This document shows, piece after piece, positions 10,679 through 20,343 of a stretch of 64,000 bases of DNA (positions within the stretch are counted from its first letter, which is position 1; each line of letters starts with the position of its first letter). The stretch lies in the NCBI GenBank assembly GCA_019636175.1, contig JAHBYC010000002.1:62759-126758 (forward strand). The letters are read 5' to 3'. The stretch comes from Caulobacter sp. GTDB taxonomy: Bacteria > Pseudomonadota > Alphaproteobacteria > Caulobacterales > Caulobacteraceae. The translations under genes and the position numbers were made by a program. Under the pieces are notes generated by a model. It was not told where the DNA came from and searched no databases. It was given only the letters and a program-made list of their open reading frames with translations.

Positions 10679-13600
10679 ATGACCAGCAGAACTTTCCGTC
10701 AGTATCTGACTGCCGGCGCCGCGCTTGGCGTCCTGACCATCGCCGCGCCGGCCCTGGCGCAGAGTGAGCCCGCGCCCGCCCCGTCCGACAACGACGTCGA
10801 CGCCGTTGTCGTCACCGGCAGCCGCATTGCCGGCGCCGGCAAGACCGGGGCCATCGCCGTCTCCACCATCGGCCAGGAGGAGCTGGACGCCGCCGGAGCC
10901 GACACCACCGGCGAGATCATGGCCAGCATCCCTCAGGCCGGGGCCATGGAGTTCAACGAGACCAGCGATGGTCCCAACGACGCCCGGGGCGACATCGCCA
11001 CTGTCAATCTGCGCGGCCTGGGCGCCGGCAACACCCTGGTTCTGCTCAACGGCCGGCGGATGGCGCCCTTCGCCCGCAGCCAGGACATCGACCAGTCCCC
11101 GCGCCAGGTGGTCAACGTCAACGAAATCCCCTCCGGCGCCATCCAGCGCATCGAGGTGCTGCGCGACGGGGCCTCGGCCCTCTACGGCGCCGACGCCACC
11201 GCCGGGGTGGTCAACACCGTGCTGAAGACCGATTACGAGGGCCTGCGTCTGACAAGCCGCTATGGCGGCTCGGAAGGCACCGACATGCGTCAGACCTCGG
11301 TCGACATCGCCGGCGGCCTGAACTTCAACGACAACAAGACCAACCTGATCGTGGTCGCCAGCTACTTCACCCGCAACAGCCTGCTGGCCAGTGAACGCGA
11401 CTACAGCCTCAGCGTCGACAAGCGCCCTCTGTTGCCCAAGGCCTGGGCCGACGACACCCAGTTCCGCAACACCTCGTCGCTGACGCCCTATGGCACCTAT
11501 CAGGCCGGCGCCCTGGACGCGAACGGGCTGTTCATCGGCACGCGCGTGCGGCGGGGCTCGAGCAACATCACCAACAGCTCGGGCATCTTTCACATCCAGC
11601 CGATCGGCGAACCGGGCACCACCTCGCCTCTGGTCGCAGACCCCTTGCTGGGCACCGACGACGGCAACCAGAACAGCGCCCTCTACTACGACTTCAACGA
11701 CGTGCGGCGGATCACGCCGGAGGTCGACCGCTACAACGTCTTCTCGCAGCTGACCCATCAGTTCGACAACGGCGTCGAGTCCTTCACCGAGCTGTCCTAC
11801 TACAAGGCCGACACCTATTCGGAGCGGGCGGCCCAGCCGGTCGATGACAGCCTCGCCTACATCATCGTGCCCAAGCAGAACTACTGGAACCCCTTCGGCC
11901 CGACCACCAGCCCCAACCGCCTGCCGGGGATCAACGCGCCGGCCGCCGGTCTGGACGTGCTGGTGTCCGCCTACCGCCCGATCGACCAGGGCCCGCGCCA
12001 GATCTCGACCTCATCGCAGTCCTATCGCATCGTCACCGGCCTGCGCGGCGACTGGGGCGACTGGAACTGGGAGACCGGCTTCTTCTACCACCGCGCCGAG
12101 ACCGAGGACGTCGAGGGCAACACCGTCTCCAAGACCCTGCTCCAGGCCCAGCTGGAGCTGACCACGCCCGACGCCTACAACGTCTTCGGCGGCCCCAACG
12201 GCAACAACCAGACGGCGCTGGACGCGGTCCGCATCAAGTCGGTCAACAGCGGCGCCACCTCCCTGACCGGTCTCGACTTCCGCATCTCCCGGCCGGACCT
12301 GTTCGTCCTGCCCGGCGGCGATGTCGGGGCGGCGTTCGGCGCCGACTTCCGCCGCGAATGGTACATGGACGACCGCGACCCGCGGCTGGACGGCACGATC
12401 AAGTTCGCCGACGGCCTTGGCGGCAACCGCTCCGACATCGTCGGGGTCAGCCCGACCGACGACTCCGAGGCCGACCGCAAGGTCTTCGCGGTGTTCGCCG
12501 AGGTCCTGGTTCCCCTGGTCAGCCCGGAGATGAACATCCCGCTGGTCAACCGCCTGGACCTGCAGCTGGCGGCGCGGGCCGAATCCTTCTCGGACACCGG
12601 CGAGTTCATCGTCAAACCCAAGATCGCCGGCTCCTGGTACCCGTTCGAATGGACCTTCTTCCGGGCCGCCTACGCCGAGGGCTTCCGCGCCCCCAACCTG
12701 GTGCAGCTGTATCGCGGCGACATCAGCCGCCTGAACCTGGGCCAGGAAGACTTCTATCGCTCCGACGTCACCGGCCTGCCCGATGACACCGGCGTCGGCT
12801 ACCGGCGCTCGATCCGCCAGGCCAATCCCAACCTGGAATCGGAAGAGACCACGACCAAGGTGCTCGGCTGGGTGATCCGCTCGCCGAAAAACCCGTTCGG
12901 GGAGTTCCAGTTCAGCGCCGACTGGTGGTCCTTCCACCAGGAGAACGTCATCGACAACTTCGGCGTCGAGGAGTCGCTGGCTCTGGACTTCCTGCTCCGC
13001 AAGCAGGGCAGCTCCAACCCCAACGTCATCCGCCGCGCGGTGACCCCGGACGACATCATCGCCTTTGACGCCTGGAACGCCGCCAACCCGGGCGACCAGC
13101 GCACGGCGGTGGGGGCCGTGGACTATGTGATCGACAGCTTCCTCAATCTCGATCCCCGCGACGTCGAGGGCCTGGACCTGGCCTTCAGCTGGCGCGGTCC
13201 CAAGACCGACTTCGGCCGGTTCTCGTTCCAGATGGAGGGCAGCCACCTGCTGCGTTACGACCAGCAGCGCAAGTCGCTCGAGCCCCTGCTCAACGACCCC
13301 GTCCTTGGCCCCAACTTCACCGCCCAGCAGGTCAATCGCATCCAGCTGGACGGCAATCCCGAATGGCGCGCCTCGGGAACCCTGACCTGGCGGATGAAGG
13401 AGTGGGGCGCCGGGGTCGGCTTCCGCTATGTCAGCGAGTTCTACGACACCAGCGCCACCAATGACGTCACCGGCGACTTCTGGAAGGTCGACGAGTGGCT
13501 GACCTTCAATGTCTACGCCGACTACCGGTTCAAGACCCCGATGCTGGACGGCGTCCGGCTGCGGGTCGGGGCCAATAACATCGAGGACAAGGATCCGCCG

Positions 13601-13687
13601 CTGGCCGACGAGACCTCGGGCTACTACGCCACCTACCACGACAACCGCGGGCGCTTCATCTACGCCCAGATCCGCGTCGATTTCTAG
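10679..13687 (+). CDS. TonB-dependent receptor (1002 aa), paralog of 50687..53701
   Basis: Signal peptide, AVVVTGSRI, VNLRGLGAGNTLVLLNGRR, IEVLRDGASALYGADA, C-terminal F. Confidence 0.93.
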   Translation: MTSRTFRQYLTAGAALGVLTIAAPALAQSEPAPAPSDNDVDAVVVTGSRIAGAGKTGAIAVSTIGQEELDAAGADTTGEIMASIPQAGAMEFNETSDGPNDARGDIATVNLRGLGAGNTLVLLNGRRMAPFARSQDIDQSPRQVVNVNEIPSGAIQRIEVLRDGASALYGADATAGVVNTVLKTDYEGLRLTSRYGGSEGTDMRQTSVDIAGGLNFNDNKTNLIVVASYFTRNSLLASERDYSLSVDKRPLLPKAWADDTQFRNTSSLTPYGTYQAGALDANGLFIGTRVRRGSSNITNSSGIFHIQPIGEPGTTSPLVADPLLGTDDGNQNSALYYDFNDVRRITPEVDRYNVFSQLTHQFDNGVESFTELSYYKADTYSERAAQPVDDSLAYIIVPKQNYWNPFGPTTSPNRLPGINAPAAGLDVLVSAYRPIDQGPRQISTSSQSYRIVTGLRGDWGDWNWETGFFYHRAETEDVEGNTVSKTLLQAQLELTTPDAYNVFGGPNGNNQTALDAVRIKSVNSGATSLTGLDFRISRPDLFVLPGGDVGAAFGADFRREWYMDDRDPRLDGTIKFADGLGGNRSDIVGVSPTDDSEADRKVFAVFAEVLVPLVSPEMNIPLVNRLDLQLAARAESFSDTGEFIVKPKIAGSWYPFEWTFFRAAYAEGFRAPNLVQLYRGDISRLNLGQEDFYRSDVTGLPDDTGVGYRRSIRQANPNLESEETTTKVLGWVIRSPKNPFGEFQFSADWWSFHQENVIDNFGVEESLALDFLLRKQGSSNPNVIRRAVTPDDIIAFDAWNAANPGDQRTAVGAVDYVIDSFLNLDPRDVEGLDLAFSWRGPKTDFGRFSFQMEGSHLLRYDQQRKSLEPLLNDPVLGPNFTAQQVNRIQLDGNPEWRASGTLTWRMKEWGAGVGFRYVSEFYDTSATNDVTGDFWKVDEWLTFNVYADYRFKTPMLDGVRLRVGANNIEDKDPPLADETSGYYATYHDNRGRFIYAQIRVDF

Positions 13688-13701
13688 GAGAGTCCAGCGT
13701 C

Positions 13702-14646
13702 ATGTCCGATCCTGCCCTGTCCCGCCGCAAACTTCTGATCGCCGGTCTGGTCCTCCCCGCCATCGGCCTTCCGGCGGCAGGCAGGGCAGGATCGGCAAGC
13801 GACCGCAAGCTGCGCCCCGGCGTCGGCGACTATCTGTTCAGCGACTGGTCGGGTCCGCCGATTCAGGTCTTCTATGCGGCGCCCGACAGCCTGGGGCCCG
13901 ACACCCCGGTGGTCATCGTCATCCACGGCGCCCAGCGTGACGCCGACGTCTATCGCGACCAGTGGGCCGACCTGGCCCGGGCGGGCGGCTTCGTGGTCCT
14001 GGCGCCGCGTTTCGACAAGGGCTCGTTCCCCAAGGAGTCCGACTTCAGCCAGGGCGGCGTGCTGGACAAGGACGACAAGGCCCGGCCGCGCCAGGCCTGG
14101 ACCTTCTCGGCCATCGAGCCGTTGTTCGACGACTACGTGCATTGCAATGGCTCGCATCAGACCGCCTACCGGATGTACGGCCATTCGGGCGGCTCGCAGT
14201 TCGTTCACCGCTTCCTGTTCCTGACGCCGAAGGCCCGGGCCGAGAAGGTGGTGATGGCCAACGCCGGCTGGTACACCCTGCCCGACCCGACCATCGCCTG
14301 GCCCTACGGCCTGGAGGGTCTGCCGACCGGGGCCGCCGATCCGGCCGCCGCCTTCGCCCGCGACGCCACGGTGCTGCTGGGCGAGGCGGATATCGATCCG
14401 CATCACAAGTCCCTGCGGCACAGCCCGGAGGCGGACGCCCAGGGACCGTTCCGCTTCGCCCGGGGACACACCTTCTTCCGGTCCGCCCGCGACCGGGCCA
14501 GGGCGATGGGCGCGCCGTTCAACTGGACGCTGGCCTATGTGCCGGGGGCCGATCACCAGAACAAACTGATGGCCCCGCCGGCCGCCGCCATCCTGATGGG
14601 CGCGGCGCCGGAGCATCCGGGCGACGAGACGCGCGTCTTTTCCTGA
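13702..14646 (+). CDS. pahZ1: Tat-exported alpha/beta serine hydrolase, poly(aspartic acid) hydrolase-1 (PahZ1)-like
   Basis: SRRKLL Tat signal; motif string LRPGVGDYLFSDWSG, VIHGAQRDAD.YRDQW, WTFSAIEPLFD, YGHSGGSQFVHRF, ANAGWYTLPD..PYGL, QG..RFARG matches my recollection of Sphingomonas sp. KT-1 PahZ1. Confidence 0.75.
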   Translation: MSDPALSRRKLLIAGLVLPAIGLPAAGRAGSASDRKLRPGVGDYLFSDWSGPPIQVFYAAPDSLGPDTPVVIVIHGAQRDADVYRDQWADLARAGGFVVLAPRFDKGSFPKESDFSQGGVLDKDDKARPRQAWTFSAIEPLFDDYVHCNGSHQTAYRMYGHSGGSQFVHRFLFLTPKARAEKVVMANAGWYTLPDPTIAWPYGLEGLPTGAADPAAAFARDATVLLGEADIDPHHKSLRHSPEADAQGPFRFARGHTFFRSARDRARAMGAPFNWTLAYVPGADHQNKLMAPPAAAILMGAAPEHPGDETRVFS

Positions 14647-14744
14647 CGGCCCCGGCGCGGATAGCCCGCAACAGGGCGTTAACGCCCGCGCGCGCATGCT
14701 GTCGGCCTCAGGCCCATCGTGGCCGGCGTCCGGAGGAGGTCGCC

Positions 14745-15146
14745 ATGTCCGTCACCCGCACCAACGCGTTCCGGCGCGCGCACGACCATTTCGAGCCGGA
14801 AGACAATTCCGATCCCCAGGCCCAGCGCCGCATGCGCGGACTGCTGGAGCAGATCGACTACGCCGCCTTCGCCGCCAACAAGGAAATTGTCGGCCAGGCC
14901 CTGGGTCAGGGCGACATGCGCAAGTTCCAGCGCCTGGCCGTCGCGGCGGCCCAGGCGCGGGCCATCTGGGTTACTCAGGCCCTGGCCGCCTCGGCCGCCG
15001 GCGGCAAGCTGAGCACCGCCGATCTGGCCCAGCTGAACCATTTGCGGAACACCTTCGAGGAACTGGCCGAGGCCTATGAGGCCATGCGCCGGATGGTCGA
15101 GCGCGGCTATATCGCCATGCCCAGCCCGCCGCCCCCGGCCGGCTGA
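14745..15146 (+). CDS. Hypothetical helical protein (133 aa)
   Basis: GGAGGAGG RBS before ATG 14745; GC3-rich codons; MSVTRTNAFRRAHDHFEPEDNSDP... Confidence 0.75.
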   Translation: MSVTRTNAFRRAHDHFEPEDNSDPQAQRRMRGLLEQIDYAAFAANKEIVGQALGQGDMRKFQRLAVAAAQARAIWVTQALAASAAGGKLSTADLAQLNHLRNTFEELAEAYEAMRRMVERGYIAMPSPPPPAG

Positions 15147-15230
15147 CCGGGCGCGGGCGGGCCATTGCGGCGCCGCCACGGCAGGCGGCTATGCTGCCAG
15201 CGTGACCGAAAACCGCCGAGACCGATTCCC

Positions 15231-15674
15231 ATGAACGACACCGCCGCACCGTCCGCCACGGACGACCTCAGCCGCACCCTTGGCCTGGTGCGTCGCATCG
15301 AGATGGACCCCAGGGGCCGGGCGATCCTGGAATACGAAGGCGGGCTGCACATGTGCCACTCGGGCGGCGTCGTGCAGGGCGGCTTCATCACCGGCTGGCT
15401 GGACGCGGCCATGGCCCACGCCCTGATCGCCCGGTCGGGGCAGGACATCGTGCCCATGTCGCTGGAGCTGAAGGTCAGCTTCTTCGCCCCCACCCGCCCG
15501 GGCCGGGTGATCGCCGAGGCCTGGATCGAGGGCGGCGGCAGGTCGACGGTGTTCATGGAGGCGCGGCTTACCGATCCGGCCGGAGCCATCCTGGCCAAGG
15601 CCAGCTCGACCCTGCGGGTGATGGACCGCTCGCGGGTCGAGGGGGCGGCCCGGGCGGCGCTGGGCGGCAAATAA
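15231..15674 (+). CDS. PaaI family thioesterase
   Basis: CHSGGVVQGGFITGWLDAAMA and SLELKVSFFAP hot-dog motifs. Confidence 0.85.
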   Translation: MNDTAAPSATDDLSRTLGLVRRIEMDPRGRAILEYEGGLHMCHSGGVVQGGFITGWLDAAMAHALIARSGQDIVPMSLELKVSFFAPTRPGRVIAEAWIEGGGRSTVFMEARLTDPAGAILAKASSTLRVMDRSRVEGAARAALGGK

Positions 15675-15766
15675 GGGACTCGCGTCCAGCGCGGCCCTTC
15701 GTCTATGAACGTCGATAACCAAACGGCCGCCAAGAGCCGTCGACCTTCAGGGATGGAAGACGATCT

Positions 15767-17464
15767 ATGTATTACGCGGAGCTCAATCGCGCCTGGAACG
15801 CACTGACCGGACCGGGCGGCGCCTTCGAAATCACCGAGATCGAGGTGCGGGGCAACCGGATCCGCAGCTTCAAGAACGCCCCGCCCAGCGTGCGGGAAGT
15901 CTGGCTCTCCACCCTGCCCTTCGCTGACCGTGATTACCTGGTCTATCAGGACGAGCGGATCACCTATGGCGAGGCGCACAGGATCACCGCCTCGGTGGCC
16001 AACTGGCTGATGGCCCAGGGGGTCGAGCCCGGCGACCGCATCGCCATCGCCATGCGCAACTATCCCGAATGGATGCTGGTCTACTGGGGCGCGGTCAGCA
16101 TCGGCGTGGCCGTTGTCGGCATGAACGCCTGGTGGACCGCGCCGGAAATGGCCTACGGCTTCGAGGACGCCCGGCCCAAGGTCGTGTTCGCCGACGCCGA
16201 GCGCCTGGCCAGGATCGCGGAACATCCGGCGATGGTCGGCGACGCCAGGATCGTCGCCGTGCGGGCCGAGGCCCCGGCCGGGGGCGTGGCCTGGAGCGAG
16301 GTGGCGGCCCACGGCGGCGAGATGCCGTCGGTGAGCGTCGATCCCGACGCCGACGCCTGCATCTTCTACACCTCCGGCACCACCGGCTTTCCCAAGGGCG
16401 CCCAGCTGACCCATCGCGGCTGCGTCGCCAATCTGTTCAACATGGTGTTCTCCGGCCAGTGCACGGCCCTGGTAAACGCCGAGGTCACCGGCGTTCCCAT
16501 CGATCCCGAGGCCCCGCCGGTGATCCCGACCTCGCTGGTCACTACCCCGCTGTTCCACGTCACGGCCAACAACTGCGGCGCCTATGCGGTGACCGCGGCG
16601 GGCGGCAAGATGGTGCTGATGTATCGCTGGGACGCCACAGAGGCGCTGCAGCTGATCGAGCGCGAGGGCGTCACCGCCGTCAGCGGCGTGCCGGTAATGG
16701 CCCGCGAACTGGTCACCCATCCGGACTTCCACAAGTACAATACCTCGACCCTGCTCAGCGTCGGCGGCGGCGGCGCCCAGATCCAGCCCGACCTCGTCGA
16801 CAAGATCGAGAAGACCGTCGCCACCGCACGGCCCAACACCGGCTATGGCATGACCGAGACCTGCGGGGTGATCACCTCGCTCAGCGGCGACTTCTTCGTC
16901 GACAAGCCGGCCAGCTGCGGCCGCGCCCTGCCCAACTTCGAGGCCAAGGTGGTCGATGACCATGGGAACGCCCTGCCCCAGGGCGAGGTCGGCGAGCTGT
17001 GGGTCAAGGGCAGCAGCGTCATCAAGGGCTATATCAACCGCCCCGACGCCACCGCCGACAGCATCACCGACGGCTGGCTGCACACCGGCGACGTGGCCCG
17101 CATCGACGAGGAGGGGTTTATCTTCCTGGTCGACCGCAAGAAGGACATGGTGCTGCGCGGCGGCGAGAACGTCTATTGCGCCGAGGTCGAGGCGGCGGTC
17201 TATCGCCACCCGGCGGTGGCCGAGGCGGTGGTGTTCGGCGTGCCCGACGACCGGCTGGGCGAGGAGGTGGCCTGCGCCATCCTGCTGCGCGAAGGCCATG
17301 CCGCCGGGGCCCAGGAACTGCGCGACCACGTGGCCAGCCTGATCGCCAAGCACAAGTCCCCCCGCTACATCTGGTTCCTCAGCGAAAGCATCCCCAGAAA
17401 CGCCAGCGGCAAGTTCCTGAAGAAGGACCTGAAGGAAACCCTGAAGGTGGAAGAGGCGGCTTAG
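15767..17464 (+). CDS. Long-chain fatty acid--CoA ligase (class I adenylate-forming)
   Basis: FYTSGTTGFPKG, GYGMTET, WLHTGD, DRKKDMVLRGGENVY, PRNASGK. Confidence 0.92.
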   Translation: MYYAELNRAWNALTGPGGAFEITEIEVRGNRIRSFKNAPPSVREVWLSTLPFADRDYLVYQDERITYGEAHRITASVANWLMAQGVEPGDRIAIAMRNYPEWMLVYWGAVSIGVAVVGMNAWWTAPEMAYGFEDARPKVVFADAERLARIAEHPAMVGDARIVAVRAEAPAGGVAWSEVAAHGGEMPSVSVDPDADACIFYTSGTTGFPKGAQLTHRGCVANLFNMVFSGQCTALVNAEVTGVPIDPEAPPVIPTSLVTTPLFHVTANNCGAYAVTAAGGKMVLMYRWDATEALQLIEREGVTAVSGVPVMARELVTHPDFHKYNTSTLLSVGGGGAQIQPDLVDKIEKTVATARPNTGYGMTETCGVITSLSGDFFVDKPASCGRALPNFEAKVVDDHGNALPQGEVGELWVKGSSVIKGYINRPDATADSITDGWLHTGDVARIDEEGFIFLVDRKKDMVLRGGENVYCAEVEAAVYRHPAVAEAVVFGVPDDRLGEEVACAILLREGHAAGAQELRDHVASLIAKHKSPRYIWFLSESIPRNASGKFLKKDLKETLKVEEAA

Positions 17465-17483
17465 GGCGCGTTTCTTCCCCCAC

Positions 17484-17631
17484 CCGTCATCCTGGGCCAG
17501 CGTGCCCAGGATCCCTCGGTCAGCTTGCGCGGGCCGGGGGCGTTGCATGAGCGGGCCGCGGCCACTGCCCTCCACTCGCCGTTCGCGGCGGCGGATAGAG
17601 GGATCCTGGGCACGCGGGCCCAGGATGACGG
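17484..17631. repeat. CGTC-type REP doublet (REPIN-like inverted pair)
   Basis: 34-nt arms at 17484-17517 and 17598-17631 are reverse complements with 1 mismatch; each arm is itself a palindrome (ATCCTGGGC..GCCCAGGAT) headed by CGTC. Confidence 0.85.
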
Positions 17632-17720
17632 CGGGGTGGGGGCCGGGGGCGACCTCGATTGATCCGGACCGGCGCAATCGCGGTCAAGACAGCGCGCGTG
17701 GGCCGCGTCATCCTGCGCCC

Positions 17721-18566
17721 ATGACCAGAGACCGGCTTGAACAGGCGCGACGCCATATCGAGGACCATGTGGGCGCCAGCCTGAGCCTGGGGGAGATCGC
17801 GCGGGCGGCGGGGTTGTCGCCGTTCCACTTCGCGCGGGCCTTCGCCGCCCGGTTCGGCATGGGGCCGGTGGCCTATGTCCGGCTGCGTCGCCTCAGCCTG
17901 GCCGCCGATCGCCTGGCCGCATCCGATCCGCCGCCGCTGGTGGAACTGGCCTTCGAGGCCGGTTTCGACAGCCAGCAGGCCTTCACCCGCGCCTTCAAGC
18001 GCACATTCGGCGCCGCGCCGGGGCGGTTCGCCGCCGGGCGGGCCGCCCGCAAGGAGATTCCGCCCATGTCCGACCTCGCTCCCGGTCGCCTGACCCAGGC
18101 GCCGCAACCGGTGATCAAGCCCGCCCTGCGCATCGCCGGCCCGACCGAGGTGTTCGACGCCGAGACCGTTTCGGGCATCCCTGCCCTGTGGGACCGGTTC
18201 GCCCCGCGCCTGCCCCTGCCCGGCCAGGCCAGCGGCGTGACCTATGGCGTCTGCGCGGCGACCGGGAGCGACAGCGGCGGCATCCGCTACACCGCCGGCG
18301 CGAGCCTGGCGCCCGATGCACCGGCGCCTGACGGGCTGGCGTTGGTGGAGTTGGAATCGCGACCCTATCTGGTGTTCAGCCTGGAACTGGACGGCGGGCC
18401 GCTGCATCCGCAGATGCAGGCCAGCGTCAAGGCGATCTGGGGCGAGCGCCTGCCCGCCTCGCCCTGGAAACTGGCCCAGGCCCCGGACCTGGAGGTCTAT
18501 CCCGCCGACTTCCGCCCCGATCAGCCCGGCGGCCGGGTGGAATGGTGGATTCCGGTCGAGGCCTGA
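17721..18566 (+). CDS. AraC family regulator with C-terminal GyrI-like effector domain
   Basis: LSLGEIARAAGLSPFHFARAF, AGFDSQQAFTRAFKRTFG, IPALWDRF, IWGERLP..PDLEVY. Confidence 0.88.
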   Translation: MTRDRLEQARRHIEDHVGASLSLGEIARAAGLSPFHFARAFAARFGMGPVAYVRLRRLSLAADRLAASDPPPLVELAFEAGFDSQQAFTRAFKRTFGAAPGRFAAGRAARKEIPPMSDLAPGRLTQAPQPVIKPALRIAGPTEVFDAETVSGIPALWDRFAPRLPLPGQASGVTYGVCAATGSDSGGIRYTAGASLAPDAPAPDGLALVELESRPYLVFSLELDGGPLHPQMQASVKAIWGERLPASPWKLAQAPDLEVYPADFRPDQPGGRVEWWIPVEA

Positions 18567-18569
18567 GGC

Positions 18570-18595
18570 GGAACAGGGGCCGGGGCGATGGCGTT
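18570..18595 (+). promoter_or_regulatory. SigT/EcfG general-stress promoter
   Basis: GGAAC-N17-CGTT, 40 bp upstream of ATG 18636. Confidence 0.75.
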
Positions 18596-18635
18596 GCATC
18601 CGGCGGCTCATGGCGAGCCGCTCAGGGCAACACCG

Positions 18636-19154
18636 ATGGACCTCGACAAGACCTTTTCCAAGTTCGCCAGCAAGACCGCCCGGCTGACCGGCGCGCCCGC
18701 CACCTTCCTGGCCTGTGTGGCCCTGGTCATCATCTGGGCGGTCAGCGGGCCGGTCTTCAAATTCTCGGAGACCTGGCAGCTGGTGATCAACACCGGCACC
18801 ACCATCATCACCTTCCTGATGGTGTTCCTTATCCAGAACACCCAGAACCGCGACTCCGCCGCCGTCCAGGCCAAGCTGGACGAGTTGATCCTCAATTCCG
18901 CGGCGCAGGACGGTTTCATCGGCATCGAGGACTTGAGCGACAAGGACCTTGAGTCCCTCCACAGTCGGCTCGGCAAGGCGGCGGACAACCATCAAAGGCT
19001 GGTCTCGCGGCTGGACGCGGAGGTGAAGCGCCGCAAGGGTCGCGAATCGTCCGAAGCGAAAGCCAAGACCCCGGCGAAATCCGGCAAGGGTGGCCCCTCC
19101 CCGCGCAAACGCGCCTCGTCGACAGCCCGTCGCAAGGCGCCGGCGAAGCCATAA
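18636..19154 (+). CDS. Low-affinity iron permease (Fet4-like) family small membrane protein
   Basis: FSETWQLVINTGTTIITFLMVFLIQNTQNRD..QAKLDELI signature; Lys/Ala-rich tail. Confidence 0.85.
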   Translation: MDLDKTFSKFASKTARLTGAPATFLACVALVIIWAVSGPVFKFSETWQLVINTGTTIITFLMVFLIQNTQNRDSAAVQAKLDELILNSAAQDGFIGIEDLSDKDLESLHSRLGKAADNHQRLVSRLDAEVKRRKGRESSEAKAKTPAKSGKGGPSPRKRASSTARRKAPAKP

Positions 19155-19209
19155 GGTTCGTCGCCTGGCCGACACTAAGCCTCTAGTTTCATTAAATTTT
19201 TTCTGGTCC

Positions 19210-19234
19210 GGAACACCACCTTCCAGTCTCCGTT
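19210..19234 (+). promoter_or_regulatory. SigT/EcfG general-stress promoter
   Basis: GGAAC-N16-CGTT upstream of the AGGAG RBS and ATG 19267. Confidence 0.8.
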
Positions 19235-19266
19235 TTGCCTCCGTTAGCAAGTTCAGGAGAGCCGAA

Positions 19267-19791
19267 ATGGACAAATCCTTCGCCGCCGCCGACGCCCCGG
19301 ACGCCATCGCCCTGCTCAAGGCCGACCACCGCAAGGTGGAGGACCTGTTCGAGAAATTCGAGAACGCCAGGGGCGACGGATCGAAGAGGAAGCTGGCCGA
19401 GCAGATCTGTACGGAGCTGAAGGTGCACGCGACCATCGAGGAAGAGATCTTCTACCCCGCCTGTCGCGGCGCCATCGAGGACGCCCTGGTCGACGAGGCC
19501 ATCGTCGAGCACGACGGGGCCAAGGTGCTGATCAACGAGATCGAGGCGGGCGGCACCGACGACGCCTTCTATGACGCCAAGGTCAAGGTGCTGTCGGAGG
19601 AGATCGAGCACCACGTCAAGGAAGAGGAAAAGTACGTCGAGGGTATGTTCAGCCAGGCCCGCAAGGCCGGGCTCGACATGGACGAGCTGGGCCGGAGGAT
19701 GGCGGCCCGCAAGGAAGAGCTCATGCAACAGGCCGAAGCCAAGGGCCTGCCGCCCGCGGAGCCGACCACCTTCGACCAGACCTCGGCCTGA
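19267..19791 (+). CDS. Hemerythrin/HHE domain protein
   Basis: DAIALLKADHRKV, HATIEEEIFYPA, EHDGAK, HHVKEEE. Confidence 0.9.
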   Translation: MDKSFAAADAPDAIALLKADHRKVEDLFEKFENARGDGSKRKLAEQICTELKVHATIEEEIFYPACRGAIEDALVDEAIVEHDGAKVLINEIEAGGTDDAFYDAKVKVLSEEIEHHVKEEEKYVEGMFSQARKAGLDMDELGRRMAARKEELMQQAEAKGLPPAEPTTFDQTSA

Positions 19792-19805
19792 CCGCGCCGA
19801 CGGCG

Positions 19806-20099
19806 TCAGGGGCCGGGCGGCGGGTGACCGTCGACCGGCTCCTTGCCCGCGCGACGTCGCTGTCTCTCGGCCAGGATCAGCGGCACGATGACGAACTCGG
19901 CCAGCAGGCCGATTCCGGCCAGGACCACCAGCCCGACCATGATGCGGTCGCCCATGGCCAGATACTGTCGGCGGTCCGGGGTCAGGGACAGCACAGAGAC
20001 GGCGGCCCAGACCACCGCCAGTCCCGCCAGAGGGCCCGCCAGAAGGATGAAGGAGGCGTAGCGCAACAGCCTGCGCCAGAGCGGGTCGTGCTCGATCAT
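19806..20099 (-). CDS. Small two-TM hypothetical membrane protein (97 aa)
   Basis: GGAGGAG RBS, two hydrophobic helices, FixK box upstream. Confidence 0.7.
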   Translation of the reverse strand: MIEHDPLWRRLLRYASFILLAGPLAGLAVVWAAVSVLSLTPDRRQYLAMGDRIMVGLVVLAGIGLLAEFVIVPLILAERQRRRAGKEPVDGHPPPGP

Positions 20100-20148
20100 G
20101 GTCTCCTCCCTGCCTGCGACAGGATGTCCACGCCTCGCGGGGTCGGCA

Positions 20149-20162
20149 TTGACGCAGGTCAA
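20149..20162. promoter_or_regulatory. FixK/FNR box
   Basis: TTGACGCAGGTCAA (TTGA-N6-TCAA), 50 bp upstream of ATG 20099. Confidence 0.7.
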
Positions 20163-20343
20163 GGCGGCGCGCGCGCCGCGGGCGCATCCTGGCGGCCATG
20201 TGTCTCCACAACCCCTGCCGATCCGCGGGAACCCTGCTTCAGGGGCCGCGGCGATGAGCCCTTCGGCCTGGCGCGGTCCGGGGCGTCCGCTGGGACGGGC
20301 GCAGGGTCTTGGCGCGCGGGCGCACCGCCCTAGCTATCCGGCC

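Noticed and set aside
13962-14744. N-terminal part of ORF 13962..15146 as a second overlapping gene
   Set aside because: Arg/Pro/Gly-rich shadow frame of the hydrolase with no recognisable domain; the real start is ATG 14745 with a strong RBS.
15107-17677. 856-aa minus-strand ORF and similar long antisense ORFs (6011..7846, 12011..13639, 17520..19436, 44214..46109, 46106..47767)
   Set aside because: They mirror well-supported genes on the opposite strand, as expected at high GC3, and carry no motifs.
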